Source: Azolla caroliniana
Taxonomy: Eukaryota; Plantae; Polypodiophyta
Assembly (NCBI GenBank): GCA_043228905.1
Contig: JBHGNT010000010.1
Coordinates: forward strand, 21,948,001-22,012,000
Length of the DNA: 64,000 bases
Direction: 5' to 3'
Positions 24,655 through 39,328 of the stretch are shown here, piece after piece. The notes under the pieces were generated by a model. The model made no database searches. It saw only the letters and a list, made by a program, of their open reading frames with translations, and had not been told where the DNA came from. The position numbers and the translations under genes were made by a program. Within the stretch, counting starts at the first letter, position 1. The number at the start of each line of letters is the position of its first letter.

Positions 24655-25455
24655 TATTCACAAGTCCATCAAAGGAATATTGTGGATCATTTTCCAATAT
24701 TGAATGCGCCACAAACAACATATCATTGGTTGCGATTAAATATTTTGGTTTGTTCTTATGATCAATATGCTGAAAATGTGGCAATTTCTTTATGCATCGA
24801 AGAAATATTTGGCGTCTTGGAAGCCGTTCTTTAGGGAACAAATTGTTGAAGTTTGTGATCTCAAATTTAAATTATGAAGAGTTTTTAAGTAGAACACCGT
24901 GACATACCCTACTATGCAAAGAAGTTTACTCACAACTTTAATGATGCAAAGTAAATCTTTCACGCCATTGTAAATCCCATGTTGCAATCAATCTATAAAG
25001 TTTCTTCATGTCAAGGATTATAACATAGGCAAACACGTAGAGGATATAGTTTAACAAGTTCATCCAAGGAATATTGTGGATCATTTTCCAATATTGCATA
25101 CACCACAAACAACATATCATTGATTGCGATTTAATATTTTACTTTGTTCTTAATACTTGTGATCAATATGCTGAAAATGTGGCATTTTCTTTATGCATCG
25201 AAGAAATATTTGGCGTCATGGAAGCCGTTCTTTAGGGAACAAATTGTTGAAGTGTGTGATCTCAAATTTAAATTATGAAGCGTTTTTAAGTAGAACACCA
25301 TGACATACCCTACTATGCAAAGAAGTTAACTCACAACTTTAATGATGCAAAGCAAATCTTTCACGCCATTGTAAATCCCATGTTGCAATCAATCTATAAT
25401 GTTTCTTCATGCCAAGGAATATAACATGGGCAAGCACGTAGAGAGTATGGTTTAA
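24655..25455 (+). repeat. ~400-bp tandem duplication
   Basis: ggaatattgtggatcattttccaatattg...cacgccattgtaaatcccatgttgcaatc is repeated at ~24673 and ~25067. Confidence 0.9.
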
Positions 25456-26699
25456 CAAAGGATAATAGTTGTTACAGGGAAGGATCACGCCGATAAATGT
25501 TAAGAATTATACGCTACGAATGAGAGGACTTGGTAATATGGCCAAACAATTTAACAAGTCCATCGACATGGAAGGAGAATGGAAGCAAGATAATGAGATT
25601 TTTACTTGAAAATGACTTGTAAGATTTTATTTTATTTTTATTTTCCAAAAAAGACTTTTAAGATTCATTTAATGGATGAGAGGACATCTCCAAAGACAAG
25701 AAATAATAGAAATCATTAGATTGACATTGGGAAGCAAAAGGAAAAGCAACGTAGAAATGTCTAATCATCAGGGAGATAATTGATTCGGCAATGATGGGCC
25801 CAAAACGGCAGAAAATTCATTTTCCGAATCCAAAAGCTGAAAATGATAGCACTCCACATGCTAAAAGGAGCAGTAAAAACCTAGATGCAATATCAACTGA
25901 ACCAATAAGAATCCAGGAAATGAGAGAAGTTCTATGAACATTGAAGTAACCTTTATAGTGTTCCATATTCAGCTTGTGTTTTTTGCTATCATGTGTATTT
26001 TCACGTAAGAAGAACGAAACATTCATGAGACAAGTTACTTTTTAAAATAAAAGTAGACTCATACAAAAAAACAAAGATAATGTTCTTAGGATAGCTTTCA
26101 CTTCAAAAGGAACAAGAGGATTAAAATCTGCCTTTAATAACATTTAATGACAGCCAACAACATTTGAGAATAAAATGGGATCACTAGGATTGCCAAGTTC
26201 CCCAAACTCATTTTAAATGTGATGCGAAAACAAGACAAAGAGTTGGGAGATGCCACATTTATAATGAGTGTGAGTGAGTGAGAATCGATAAAGGAGACAA
26301 GCTTGAACACAATGCATATACATACATATATGTGTGTGTGTGTGTGTGTGTGTGACGAAAGACATCGGCGAATGGTCTTTTTACATACAAAGAATCAAAG
26401 TGGACATAATACATTGTCGCGAAGTTTCGCGTGTGTGTTACTTGGGCGGGACTAGGGGGTCTCAGACTAGGGAGCAAGAAGAAGGGATGGAGAAGACCCG
26501 AGTCTTTTCCATATCAATTAAGGCTACTTGCCGGGCAAGGGCTTTGTTGCCCCTTTTTGTGGGTCGGTGGCTTTCGTTGACTATGACTCGTTAGGCTTTC
26601 AAGCTCACCGCACGAGTGAACGGACGGGTACACAAGAAAAGACAAACACACAAGGCAAGCGCATAAGGAATGGAACGAGAATGCAAACACAAAAGTCCG

Positions 26700-27030
26700 A
26701 ACGCCTTTATGAGGAGGAGAGGTGCATAGGCACAAGATGGCCAATCACACAAGGAAAACACAAAACACACACACACAAACAAACAAACAAACAAACGCAC
26801 GCACGCACACACACGCGCACACACACGCGCACGAATGCCTATAAGTGTTTATGAGGAGGAGAGGTGCATGGGCACGCCCGAAACGCTCCCTCGTCACAAG
26901 GCGGTCGAACGTACAAGGAAGACACAAAACACATGCACACAAATTCTCGTACATCTTTATGAGGAGGAGAGGTGCATGGGCACACCTCAAACACTCCCTC
27001 GTCACAAGAGAGTCAAACGTACAAGGGGAC
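26700..27030 (+). repeat. Imperfect triple repeat with CA-rich spacers
   Basis: TTTATGAGGAGGAGAGGTGCAT at ~26706, ~26848 and ~26956. Confidence 0.8.
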
Positions 27031-28135
27031 GAGAATAAAGAAAGAAAACACGAATGATATTGGTTAAAGAAATAAATATGTGTTCGATTCCAACAGAAGA
27101 GTGCCCTTTATAAAATAGGGTTTGATTAGAAGAACGAAGTTAGTAAGAAAAAGGGGGGAGTGGTTTACAAAGTAGCAACTTCTCGTTTCTTGTTAGCTAC
27201 AAGCTCAACAAAACACAAATAGTGAATGCCTTTCGAGACAAGAGTAAATCCGAACATCGAGCACGAACACCAAGAAGACGAGCACACGGGCACGTGAACA
27301 CCACCACTAACACGAAGAAGACGAACACAATGATGAAGAGGGGATGAAAGGGTATGACTCATGAGCAAAGGAAGAGCAACAGTTTCTCCCCACAAGAGTA
27401 AAGATGAAGATGAAGAGAGCTCTCCAACGAAAAATTTGATTCTAATCACCAAGCCATTAACTCTCTAGTATATAATATTTGATTCTATATCTTTAAATAC
27501 ACTGTCTGTCAGTCATCTCTCCTCTCTCTTACTTTTCCCACGCCCACGATTGATTTTCTGTGCCTCATTTGCACCATTCATTTTCCATTTCTTTTGCTCC
27601 ATTTTATTTGTGCATGTGCACAAATTATTGCCCTTACGTGCACGCACATTGAACATTTGCACTTTAGTTAGCCCTTGTTCACTTGATTTCTTACCGTAAT
27701 CGAACATCTTCACGATGACGCTCAATGGGTAGGTACTTGGGTCCGTTATTGGAGAAGAGCATGAGTTCAAAACCCAGCCCACCACAATGAATGGCCTCTT
27801 TCTTCGGAAAATAAGATTGGAAGTGCAATTGGAACCCACTTACATTCATTTGAAAACCGATTGATTGATTGGTTTGAGAGAGAACTTTTTTTCTGTTTGG
27901 GGGGGGGGGGGGGGGGGGGCAGGAGGGGTAGAAGGTAAAATCCAATAATACGTATTCTTTGTCGTCCATGGGAGATCGAGGGCATTTTTGATATTACTCA
28001 AAAATTGAGGCCATCCATCAATTCTCGTCTTGCACGGCAAGGCAAGGCCTCTTTTCTTTCGTCTGCATCATATTCTCTGTGTCAGATCAGAAGTAGAAAG
28101 AAGAAAGACGAAAGAAGAAAGAAGAAGAAGGACGA

Positions 28136-31100
28136 ATGGATGACAGTAGCTCTCGTGATCATCACCAAGAAAAAGGAGGTTTCAGGAACCCGTGGCCTTC
28201 CTTCTCTTTCAATCCATCTCTCACGGATGTATTTTCTATGATGAAGGTACCAATTCTCCAGCAGAAAAATGACATTTTTTCCCCCCTTCCTTCTTGTGCA
28301 TCATCATCATCATCATATCCACCATAATGTCTGAATGACATAATGTCTTAATTGTCCCCCATCAAGGTAAAATTCTCTGCGGAAAATGAATTTCCCCCGT
28401 TATAGAGATCATCATCATCACGATCACCATGAATGACGTAGAGTTTACATGTTAATTCATTATCCAGCATCAAAATGATTTCCTCTGTAGGAAAAAGATG
28501 TTTCTTGACCTCGTATAGATTCAACATCATGATCACTGTGAATGAATTATCTTTTCTTCATATCACTACGCCATTTTCATTAATGATCAAAAACTTGTCC
28601 AATAATTGCCATCTTGAATTGCTGGATAATGAACCATCTAGGAGGAAATTCACAAGATTTTAGCGAAGTCCTGGTAATTTGGATTTAGTTTTGTGTATCA
28701 TTCAATAATATGTTACTGCATTGAAACTTCTCCTTCCACACATATTATGTAAACAATGTGCAAAAACGTTGTTGATCCATCGCTCAAAGATGTAATCTCA
28801 AGATCAAAGTAATTCTGTGGAAAACTTCGTCTTTTTCTTGTTTCATGAGGTGAATGAGTTAATAAAAAATAAGACGAATCTACTCTTATGTGCAGGGATT
28901 TGATAGAAAAAGGTGTGCGGTAACAGATGAAGTGAGAAGGCATCTTGGGATTCCAATTGCAACTAACATTGATCTTCTTAAGAGGCCTCCTCGGGGTCTG
29001 CTACAGGTGATTGATTTCGCGTTGTTTAAGTGTCTCATACATTTGATTTGATTGAACTTGAAGTGATAAAATATTGTTTTAATTATTTTTCCGACTGCAC
29101 AGTGCAGACCACATGGGTAGGACATGCTACATTTTTTATTCAATTTGATCGATTCAATGTGCTAACAGATCCTAGTGAGTACTATTGATTATCTTTTGTA
29201 ACGTTTTTGGGATTCGTGATCTTAGTTTTAGCTCGTGTGGCTCATGCGTGAGTATTAATTAGTTTTGTAAGATGGAGATATACATAGGCTCCTGATAGTT
29301 TCTAGGGCGAAACTCTTTATTTCCCCTAATGCTCCTAAGTTTCATTTTTTTTGTCCAAATGTTCCTCGGCAGCCTTCAGAAGAGAGAAAAAAAAGGGGTG
29401 AAACGACCATACAATTTCTAAAATATTACATGAAATGGAGCCAAAGGGGATTATTTAACCATATAAGGAGTAAAAATGGATTTGAATAAAATGGAGTCAA
29501 AAAGGGATTGCAAAGAGGGGGCTGATCAGGGCATTTGGGGAAATCAAGAAAAACTTGGGGTATTTTGGAGTTTGTCCATGGTTTCTATGCTACTTTTGAT
29601 AAATCTTGACTGTTCTAAAGAAATATAGATATGCCACAGGCGGTTTTTTTACGTAATTTGTGATTGTTTAGAGTTCCTTTCAGAAGTCCATTGGAAAACA
29701 AACTTTCCCGGGATAGCATTAGAGTAAGGTAATGGAAAAAGTATTCGCAAAGTGACTTTGGTTGTCTTTATGAATTTTTCCAAATGATGCAACGAATCCT
29801 TCAACGCTTGATTAACAAAGGCAGAAAATCTTCAAGTGAGTGTTGAGCGTAGGGTTTTTTAGGTTAATTCGAGCCTGATGCTGATCTACATAGTCATAGG
29901 ATTGGCCCTTTTTGAGCTTCTCAATCCCTATCCCTATGCTGTTCTATTTTGCCCCTCCTTTCCTCATTTCTATCGTTGAATTCTCTCTGATAACAGGGAA
30001 TGAACATTTTCGTTCCCTCTGCTACGATGGATGAGCTAACTAGCTAAGACATTAATGGCATTATCTTCAAAGATTAAGACATACACTTGCTGTGTTTTGT
30101 GATGCAATCTGAGTATATAATAAGAATCATGGCGTGTTGCTTCATATTGAGCAAAGGGTAGTAAGGCAACTCTTAACTTTTTCTGAAACAAAATTGATGC
30201 CTTTACTCATAGGTTGTTAGTGTTATCAAATCTTAATATTTTCAAATTATGATCAGCGTGGCCTCTCACCATGATCCATACATCAACATGAAAACATTTC
30301 ATTCCAATGTCGTCATAAAACCTTCAAACTATGAGACCATGACCATAGTTTGGATATCATGACAACGATAAGGGCAGGAGGAAGGGGAGAGAACTCAAAT
30401 GTATCTCTCATAGGTTCAGTTTATAGCTGCCTGCGTAGAGGGTGGATGCTCTGATTGATCTGTACAAGACCTCACAAATAAGCAAACAGTGCACATGAAT
30501 GAATGAATGAATTATATAAATAATAGAGCTTAGTAGTACTGAATTGACTAGGTGAAAAATGATTCTCAACCAACTGAAATAAAACATTTGTGTGACCAGC
30601 TGAGAAACAATCGTGGACAATCAGATTTTTTAATAAACAGACCTGATCAATGACAAACATTATTGATCTGTGGAGCCTCACAATTCAAGATAACATGTCC
30701 CCAATCTGCTGAGCTACACCCCTTCTAAGCATCTAACAAAATCTAATGCAGAACAGAGAAACAGGAGCAAGAGCAGAGGCAAATAAGGTGTTACATGCTA
30801 CTATTGTGATAGGAAAGGCCACAAGAAGCCTAAGTGCCGGTACTTTAAGCAAGAACTTGAATGCAAGAAGAATGGCAATGATGAGAAGGATGCAAAAGAG
30901 ACAAATTCTTATGATATACATGCATCCACACGAACTTCTTGGCCATCTCCTTTCAGATCTCAGGCATTGAGGGATTGAAACCTGGCTTTGATACATTGCA
31001 AAATTCTCTGTATTGACCATGCCTATGAATTCATGACAGGAACGAAATGGTTACACAACCAAGCTGGTGATACTATCCCAACCTATCAAAAAACAATTTG

Positions 31101-34100
31101 TGACCAGCTGCAACAATCTTTCTCCAGAATATCATGATAAAAAGTCCCAATATTGAATCAACCTGAGGATATAGGACTGGGATAATAATGCCATCATGAC
31201 TATCCTTGGTAATATTTAACCAACAATCTGGAAGAAACTTGCAAGCAAAAGCAGTTGTAACTGTTTCAACATCATGGCCATAGTAACATACACAACATAC
31301 TGATCCATACAAGATTAATGATACTTTAGGCTTTGCTTAGATTTATAACATGATTAGAAAAAATGTCAGTTTGTGTCCATGTAGGAACTTTTCTCGATTC
31401 CTAGAAAATGGATATTCCTGATAATCTGATATTTTATATATTTAATTTCCTGCACGAATACGGATACATAAACAATATATCACATGAGATTCTTCTGATT
31501 ATACGTGGACATGCAATCTATACGAACCCAACACAAAAATGAAGAACAAATGGTTAAATATTATTTTACATGCTGAATTAAAATTTAATGATTGTAACAA
31601 TTTTTCTTTGGCATTGTAGTTTGGTCTGATCGATGCTCACCATTATCTTTTATTGGACCAAAGAGGCAAGTCGATTCTAGTGCACCTTGTTTTTAAATTT
31701 TTGTGTGTTGATTATCAACTTTAAAGTTGAATTCCTTACACAGAAAGATTTGATTCTACGTCTACAAACTATTTTCTATGATAAAAAAAGAATATGCTAA
31801 TTTCTTTTCTTGTTTTTAAATAGATTTGTTCCAGTACCATTCCCTTTGGAAAAGCTTCCTGCACCTGACATAGTGGTCATATCACATAATCACTATGGTA
31901 TTCACATAATCTCCTCATTTATTTTTGTGCTCCTTCAATACAATGGTGCCACTTGAAAAAAGGCTATACAAGGCTATTGCAATTCTGTAAACAGTGGGTC
32001 AAGGCACAATCTGTTAAGATACTGGTACTTTCCCAAGTATCAAAAGTCTTGTTATCTACCCAAGTATGACTTCAAATCCTTCCCAATAATGGTGACCAGA
32101 AAATATAATTAGGCTCCCTTAGATCTCTCCAACATAATTAGCAGAGTTCTGGGAACTTTGGCCATTCTTTTATGAAAATAAACTCTATATAGATGTGGAC
32201 ATGGATGTGATGATTTTGGACATGGATTGAACTGGTGATTACATGGTGTGTAATTGACTTACGGTAGTTTGTAGCCACCTTTGGTCGAAAATTGCCATTT
32301 GCTGAGGAATTGAAGGGCCAGGGGGACAATCAATGCGAACCGATCCCCTCCACCATTGAAGGCACAAATAACTCTCCAAATCAATTTGTTATAACTCTGG
32401 AATGTGTGGAATCAAGCACGCGTGTTTGAACCTGTATTTTATTACTCCTACATTTGTGTAAAATAGCTTCCTTAGGTGGAATGTTGCCATTTGCTGAGGA
32501 ATTTAAGGGCCAGGGGGACAATCAACGTGAAGCAATCCCCTCCACTATTGAAGGCAGAAATAACTGTCTAACTCAATCTGTTTTAACTCTGGAATATGTG
32601 GCATCAAGCATGCGTGTTTGAACCTGTATCTTGTTACTCCTACATTTGTGAAAAATAGCTTTTGACATGCATCAGGAGAAAATTCCATTGTATAGTGCTT
32701 TAACAGACAAATGCTATTCAATGATGGTATATTCTACTTACCCCATCCAATAATGTGGTCATAGAGAAGATATGACTTCTTAGATTGAATTATAACGTTT
32801 TTCCAATGATTTGAGGCCATGTTATGTTGTACTAGAAATTCTATGATAAATATCCTGGGCAGTGCCTTGATTTTTTATTTGGTGTTTTACAAATAGACTC
32901 AAGAATTACGTAATATTTCAGATCACTTGGATGAGAAAACTATCGCGCAACTTGGAAACAATCCGCTGTACCTCGTACCCTTGGGATTGAAAAGCTGGTA
33001 ACACAAATTCAGAAACTTGTCTCTTTCAAATTGCAGGGAAGCTACTATCTTTTTGCAACCAGTTTGATTTGACAATGATTTTATGTTCTGATCAGGTTTT
33101 CTGGTCGTGGGATTAATAATGTGGTAAGAACCAAAACTTTGCATTTACATCGTGAAGTAACTTAGAACGCCAGCTATCCCATGCCACATGTTGCAGTTCT
33201 AGAAGATGGGAATCCGATGACATCACTCTAATAGAATCATGCTCTGAAGTTGAAAGAGAATATATCAGCTTAGAAAAAATAATAAGATACACAAAGTTTT
33301 CCTATTCAGAGGAAGGAAAATAATCCAGTTTAGAATATACTAAATTCACAAAATTTTCCAATTGAAAGGAAATTTTCCCATTCAAAAGAAATTTCCAATT
33401 GGTAGGCATTTTCTTATTCAAAGGAGCTGTAAGACTTATTTCGTGAGGTTTTCCACATCATTCGTCTATGCAGGTAGAACTAGATTGGTGGCAAGAACAT
33501 AAAATGAGCATTACTGATACTGAAGGTACCAAAACAATGAAAGTGATTTGCACTCCTTGTCAGCATTTTTCAGGGCGTGGAATCTTAGACAGAAACAAGG
33601 TATCCTTTTTTGTTTTAATATTGTCAGAACTAATGGCTACCTTGCTTTGCTCTAATGTTTGCATATATCCAAGAGGTTTATTTGCAGGAAGCTAGAATAA
33701 AAATACATTCTGATTTTGTCGAGCACTTTAACGACTTACAAGTAGTTGTAATATTTGTTAGGTTTCATACACCATCATGGCATTTCAGAGATATTGATAT
33801 ATTTATCTTTCTCTAATGTTAGCATATATATATCCAAGAGGTTTATTTGTAGGAAGCTAGAGTAGAAATACAATCTGATTTTTTCGCTCACTTTAACAAG
33901 TTATAAGTAGTTGTAATAATATTTTATTAGGTCTCATACACACCATTATGTATGGCCTTTCAGAGATATTGATATATCATATATTTATCTGTCTTTCCAC
34001 TCCAGACTCTATGGTGTTCATGGGTGCTTGAGGGAGAGACAAAGAAGGTGTTTTTTGCTGGAGACACTGGCTTCTGTACTGTTTCTAGGGGGAGTGAGCA

Positions 34101-35310
34101 CCCTGGTGGTGTGGCCGTTTCTGATTCTTTTTCAGTTTGTTCTGCATTTGAGAAAATTGGCAAACGATATGGCCCTTTTGATGCCGCCTACATTCCAATT
34201 GGTGCATACGACCCTCGTTATTTCATGAGTGCTGTTCATTGCTCTCCAGGTTTCCATTTCACATTACTAGTATATATTGTAGGGTATACAATAGCTTGGG
34301 AAAACCTCTGAAATATGTATAGAAGATGCCCCCAAAAGATTTGCTATTTCCCCAAATGCCCTCGTTCAGCCCCTCAAAAGAGCATTATATCTGATTGGGG
34401 GCATTTGAGGAAATAACGAAAATATAGGGGCATTTGGAGGAATGAAGAAAAACTTAACATTTCAGAATCTTTCCGTAACAACATTGACACAAAGGATTGC
34501 AGCAATTTTGACCTTTTAACTGGCTTCTTGCTCAATAGAGGATGCGGTTGCCATTCATAAAGCAGTTGGATCAAAGAAGTCAATTGCAATGCATTGGGGT
34601 AAGTAAAAATGATATTTTGAGGACACATATTTCTTCAAATATAGGGTTGTCTAATCCAATCCTTCATATAATTTGATCTATATTCCTTAAATAAACTTAA
34701 TCATCATATAGAACAACATTATGTTCACCCCACTTTTAATTAAAGGTTGTTGGGGAGTTTGGATATTATCAACAATGACAGTAGTTTGTCTTTATATTTG
34801 TTATTGAGAGTGAGGGTAGTATTTTAAAATATGGTGTTTTATCATCATCCAATACTAGGTCAATGAAAGCATTGCATTGAAAGTATTTCCATATTATTTG
34901 ACACATTCTTGTTAGCCGCAATCCATTCACTCTTCCTTTTGGTCACAAATCTAGGAAATGATAAAAACGTAACTCGTTATTTTTATTCTCAACTATACCA
35001 TTTGCTCAAATGATGACTAATCAATTATATATAGAGAGATCCAATTCAAAGAGGCAGGTTGCATTTCATTTATCTATCCTTGATGGCCAATTGTTGGGAT
35101 TTTTGTCTAGGGACTTTCACTCTAACAGATGAACCTATACTCGAACCTCCTTTACGATTGAACAAGGTAAACATATTTGATGGCATATCATTATTTTCGC
35201 ATGGAATTTGTAATGAATGAACACTTATTGAATGACAGGAGTTGCAACGCCTAGGAATAGATTTGTCATGTTTCATAGTGATGAAACATGGTGAGACACA
35301 GAGTTGGTGA
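28136..35310 (+). CDS. NAPEPLD: N-acyl-phosphatidylethanolamine-hydrolysing phospholipase D-like metallo-beta-lactamase protein, 12 exons, 356 aa
   Basis: Exons assembled by hand, with consistent phases: 28136-28246, 28896-29006, 29108-29174, 31620-31665, 31824-31897, 32922-32997, 33096-33123, 33474-33599, 34006-34249, 34539-34598, 35111-35166, 35239-35310. Motifs [80 protein letters not shown]. Confidence 0.92.
30440..30960 (+). mobile_element. Ancient Copia gag relic in NAPE-PLD intron 3
   Basis: [24 protein letters not shown] zinc knuckle at ~30768-30835. Confidence 0.55.
32290..32662 (+). repeat. ~190-bp tandem duplication in NAPE-PLD intron 5
   Basis: ttgccatttgctgaggaatt...tactcctacatttgtg.aaaatagctt occurs twice. 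Confidence 0.88.
33650..33975 (+). repeat. ~165-bp tandem duplication in NAPE-PLD intron 8
   Basis: tatccaagaggtttatttg.aggaagctaga...agtagttgtaat...tttcagagatattgatatat occurs twice. Confidence 0.8.
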
Positions 35311-36099
35311 AATTGGAAAACTCCTAAATTTGCACATGTATATTGACAAGTATTTTTCCAAAAAAATGGACATATTCATTGAGCATTCATATCCTTGACC
35401 ATGATGTGTATGCCAATAATTGATTATTTTAAATTGTGATATGCAACTGTATTGGTGTCCCTTCTCAAGGGGGGGGGGGGGAATCATTGATTTTTTCATG
35501 AGCTATTGTAATTCAAGAGGCATGTATATGCCTGAGAGTAAAAATTGTTCTAATTTAATTCAAGAAAATATCTCTTTAATGTTGTAGCTTGATGGCAAGG
35601 GTCTAAATTGAATCCATCATCAATGTATTGGATGAGGTCTAGTCTCAATATTTCCAGTCTCATATGGAAGAGTTCCAATGAGTTTAGGGTTTTGCAATAG
35701 AGGTATTTTCTCTATGCCCATGTGATGATAATCATAAAAGCAACCTTTGGTAAGTACATATTATTGATTGGTTTGATAGGTTTTGTAGAGGGCATTGTAG
35801 GCAATTCAATTTACTATTGCACTCGCCACAATTTGAAAAATGCTCCTTATTAAGATGTGAGATGCTACATGGATATGATGGTGCATATGCTAAAAGGTTG
35901 GTTGAAAAAGTCTTTTGGATGGCTATGGGAGATTCTTATGCCTAAACTCTCGTGAATTCTGTGGGTAGATTCTTATGCTTATGAAAAGACGATTCAAAGC
36001 CTTGTGGATCTAGAAATAGAGAGACCCCTATGCCTCCATGGATTTATCATGGCGTGGAGATACTATGATTAAAGTTATATATGAGACAAATGAAACAAA

Positions 36100-38000
36100 G
36101 AGTAAAGTTCAAATGGGCTAGGGCCAATACCAATTATTCATGTTGGATTTGCAATTAATTACTTGAAATGAGCTAGGTCTTTCGTACAGATCCTCACATG
36201 GGATAAACTCAAAGTTCTGAATTGAAACTATAACATCAATGACATTCAAGCAATGAAGTGTAGTAGTGTAGCTAAAAAAACGAAGCGTGTGGAGTGTACC
36301 CATTCATTTGCTTTGGAATTGTTCAAATCCTAAGATAACTTTACGAAATGCACACCAATGGGGACTTGTATCTTGAAAAGTAATCGAAAGTTGAACATAG
36401 TAAACATCTTGGTGATTCTAACTATTTATCATTGACATATTTGATAAACTCAAACTATCCCACTCATACAATATGAGACTAGCATTTCAACAAATAGAAA
36501 ATTAACAAAGAAGTGATAAAATTGACTAAACTCCAACTCCATACATGAAAGGTATGGAATGATGATTTCCAAGGTATGCGGAACATTTTACCCTTACAAA
36601 TCTAACTGTCTTTAAAAACACATATTGGATCATTATATGGTGGTAGACAAGAGACATTACTATTTTGTGTATTGCCAATCAATATGATCTTATTAGTCTT
36701 GAGAGTTTTGCTCATAATGATTTGAGTTTTTATGTATTGTGTAGGAGCATACTAATGGTCTTGTGTTTCAAAGTCACTAACCCAAGTTGTGTGACCAAAT
36801 CCAACTAAGATGAACCCCTAAGATAAGGTAATGTCTAAATTTGTAGATGTTTTCTTTGGATTTTGATGTGTTGCCATTTTCAAGTGGAGTTGACTCAGGC
36901 ATATTCCAAAGTAGGTACCATGGTTTTGGATAGCATTTATAAGGTAAAAATTAAAATTAAGGGAGGAAAAGTGTGTATTGCAATGTTCACAAATGTAGTC
37001 TCACTGGCACCAATGTTAGATATTCTCTATCTAAACAATCTAATTGGTTAGAAAGCAAATGTGTGAGACAAGAACCACAGTGCAAGGTGAGATAAAGGAG
37101 GTAACACCTTTTTACAAAACCAAGATGACTTATTATTTTGCTTAAAAACTTATTATACAAATGGCTCTTGAGGTATATATAATATATATATTCACAAGCA
37201 CAAGTCAATGGTCGCAAATATAAACTTAGGGGAAGTTGAGCATCCAACAAGAGTACTCATATTTCAAGGATAATATAATGTTTCTCAACGTTATGGTGGT
37301 TAATTGTAAAGGTTCCTCTCCAAATTTGAGGATAATATGAGAGGCAACATTTTGTAGTTCATCAAATGATCATAGGATTAGCATTATTCATTGTATTCCC
37401 GTTTAAACAAAAAGTATAATTTATTCTAAACATATTCTCCACTATCCTCCCTCTTTGGATTAGCAATGAGAGTGGTCGACTATGCACACTTAGCATGAAA
37501 CAAGTTCGGGAAACTTTGATACAATTCTCTGGCTTTGATCATATTTGACTATGCTTTCCACACATCTTCAACCAAACCCAAACCTTGCACGAATTTCTCT
37601 CACAATCACAACTTGCCCTCTCAATTGCAACATTCATTGGTGAAGTTCTTGAACATTGAGAGTCGTTGCTCACTTTCATATGTATTACATGAAATGTAAT
37701 ACTTTTGGTCTCATAGGTCATATTTGACCGCCGAAGACCATAATTGAATGTATCTATCTATCTAATGACAAGATGAATTGCATACTACTTTAACACCACA
37801 ATTGGAGAATTGGATCAAGACCTAAGCAATTGATAATAGGGCCAATATCAAGTCTTGTAAAGGTTTTGCAATGCTGAACCTTTGTAGAGCCACAAGCACA
37901 AGAAGCTTTACGAAGATGGGAAAGGATTAATCCTATATGTTTTCCAAAAATGACATTGTTTGTAAAAATGAATTAATAGAAGAAGAGATCAATCTAATAT
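36100..38000 (-). mobile_element. Highly degraded Gypsy pol relic
   Basis: Only faint frameshifted similarity to the RT/RNase H junction (FL.LCG.Y.RF..SIAKPLQDL-like) near 37850-37910. Confidence 0.3.
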
Positions 38001-39328
38001 ATTTTCCTAAATGGCATTATTTGTAAATATGAATTATTAGAAGTACTTGTGTAGCATTTCTCATCAATCCAAGGCAAGGACAAAGTACGTGCAAAAGCAT
38101 ATCATGGAAGCATTGCCTTGATATGTCCATTCAACATGGAAGCATTGCCTTTATATGTCCATTCAAAATTAGTTCTTAGTAGGAAGCATTATTTTTAAAA
38201 AACTTTGTACGGAGCACCCAAAATTAATTGTTCAGTTTAAATCATTTAATGATATATGAGAAAAATCATTTGGAGAAAAGATAATGTTCCTGCCTAGACA
38301 TGTTTAACAATCTTAAGGTTGTATTATTCAGTTTAAATCATTTAATGATATACGAGAAAAATCATTTGGAGAAGATAATGTTCCTGCCTAGACATGTTTA
38401 ACAATCTTAAGTTTGTAGGTTAGAGTCAAAAAACTGTGGGTTAAAGTATAAAAGCTACGGGTCTGATTTTAAATTCATTGCAACACATTCATGTTTTAAA
38501 TATTGTTGGTGCATCTAAAACAATCTAAAACAGAAACTCTTATTTATCATGCTTCTATTTAGATACACTAATCTTACCTTGTAATTTCTGGTAAACTAGA
38601 TTGGCCATCTCCAAAGATCTACTAGGTTTCTTAAGAGTCCATTTGAGGGACTTGAAGACACATATTGCTAAGCATAAGATGATCACCGATTGTGAATTCA
38701 TAATCACTTGATATGAACAAACTGTTCTTCTAACATATAAATAGGTTTTTCCTAACAGATGATAGTCGCACAGCTATAAACATCCAACCTTCCATACAGG
38801 GACTGAAGAAATTTGAATGCTTCCATTTCACAATTTGACTGCAATAAATTTCAAGATCAACCCACACTAAAAGAACTATTTACTTAATTATGAAGCATGA
38901 CTATATATATGAACTCTTCTGTTATGGTTTGCCACGAGAAAATACAAAAAAGAATTACAATGTGTGGCAACTCCGCTAACATTTCCAGTGACTCAAATCA
39001 GTTATTACAATGCCATTCCTGGTGGCATGAACAAAGCAAAAAAAATCTGGTGCCCTTGATGGCAATTTTGCTTACATGAGCATAGGGAAATATATGCTAC
39101 CAACCACTAGGCTGCGAAATCTGACCGAAGATAGGAAACATTGTCAATATATATATATATACTTCAACACACGAAGCAGCAGTCTAATCCTTTGGCATAA
39201 GAAAAAGAATACCTAACACATGTTAGATGTGACGATGTTCATTCCAAGGCTCGACAAATCCAAAAACAAATAGAGAGAAAGCAGTAGTGGCATATATCAG
39301 GCTTCAATCTTTGTATATGTATCATTCA

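Noticed and set aside
27899-27919. G21 run upstream of NAPE-PLD as a regulatory G-quadruplex
   Set aside because: A homopolymer with no independent evidence; simple repeats are abundant throughout the window.
30408-31312. Possible nested antisense membrane-protein gene in NAPE-PLD intron 3
   Set aside because: The opposite strand carries a Copia gag zinc-knuckle relic. The hydrophobic ORFs look like its antisense shadow and have no recognisable domain.
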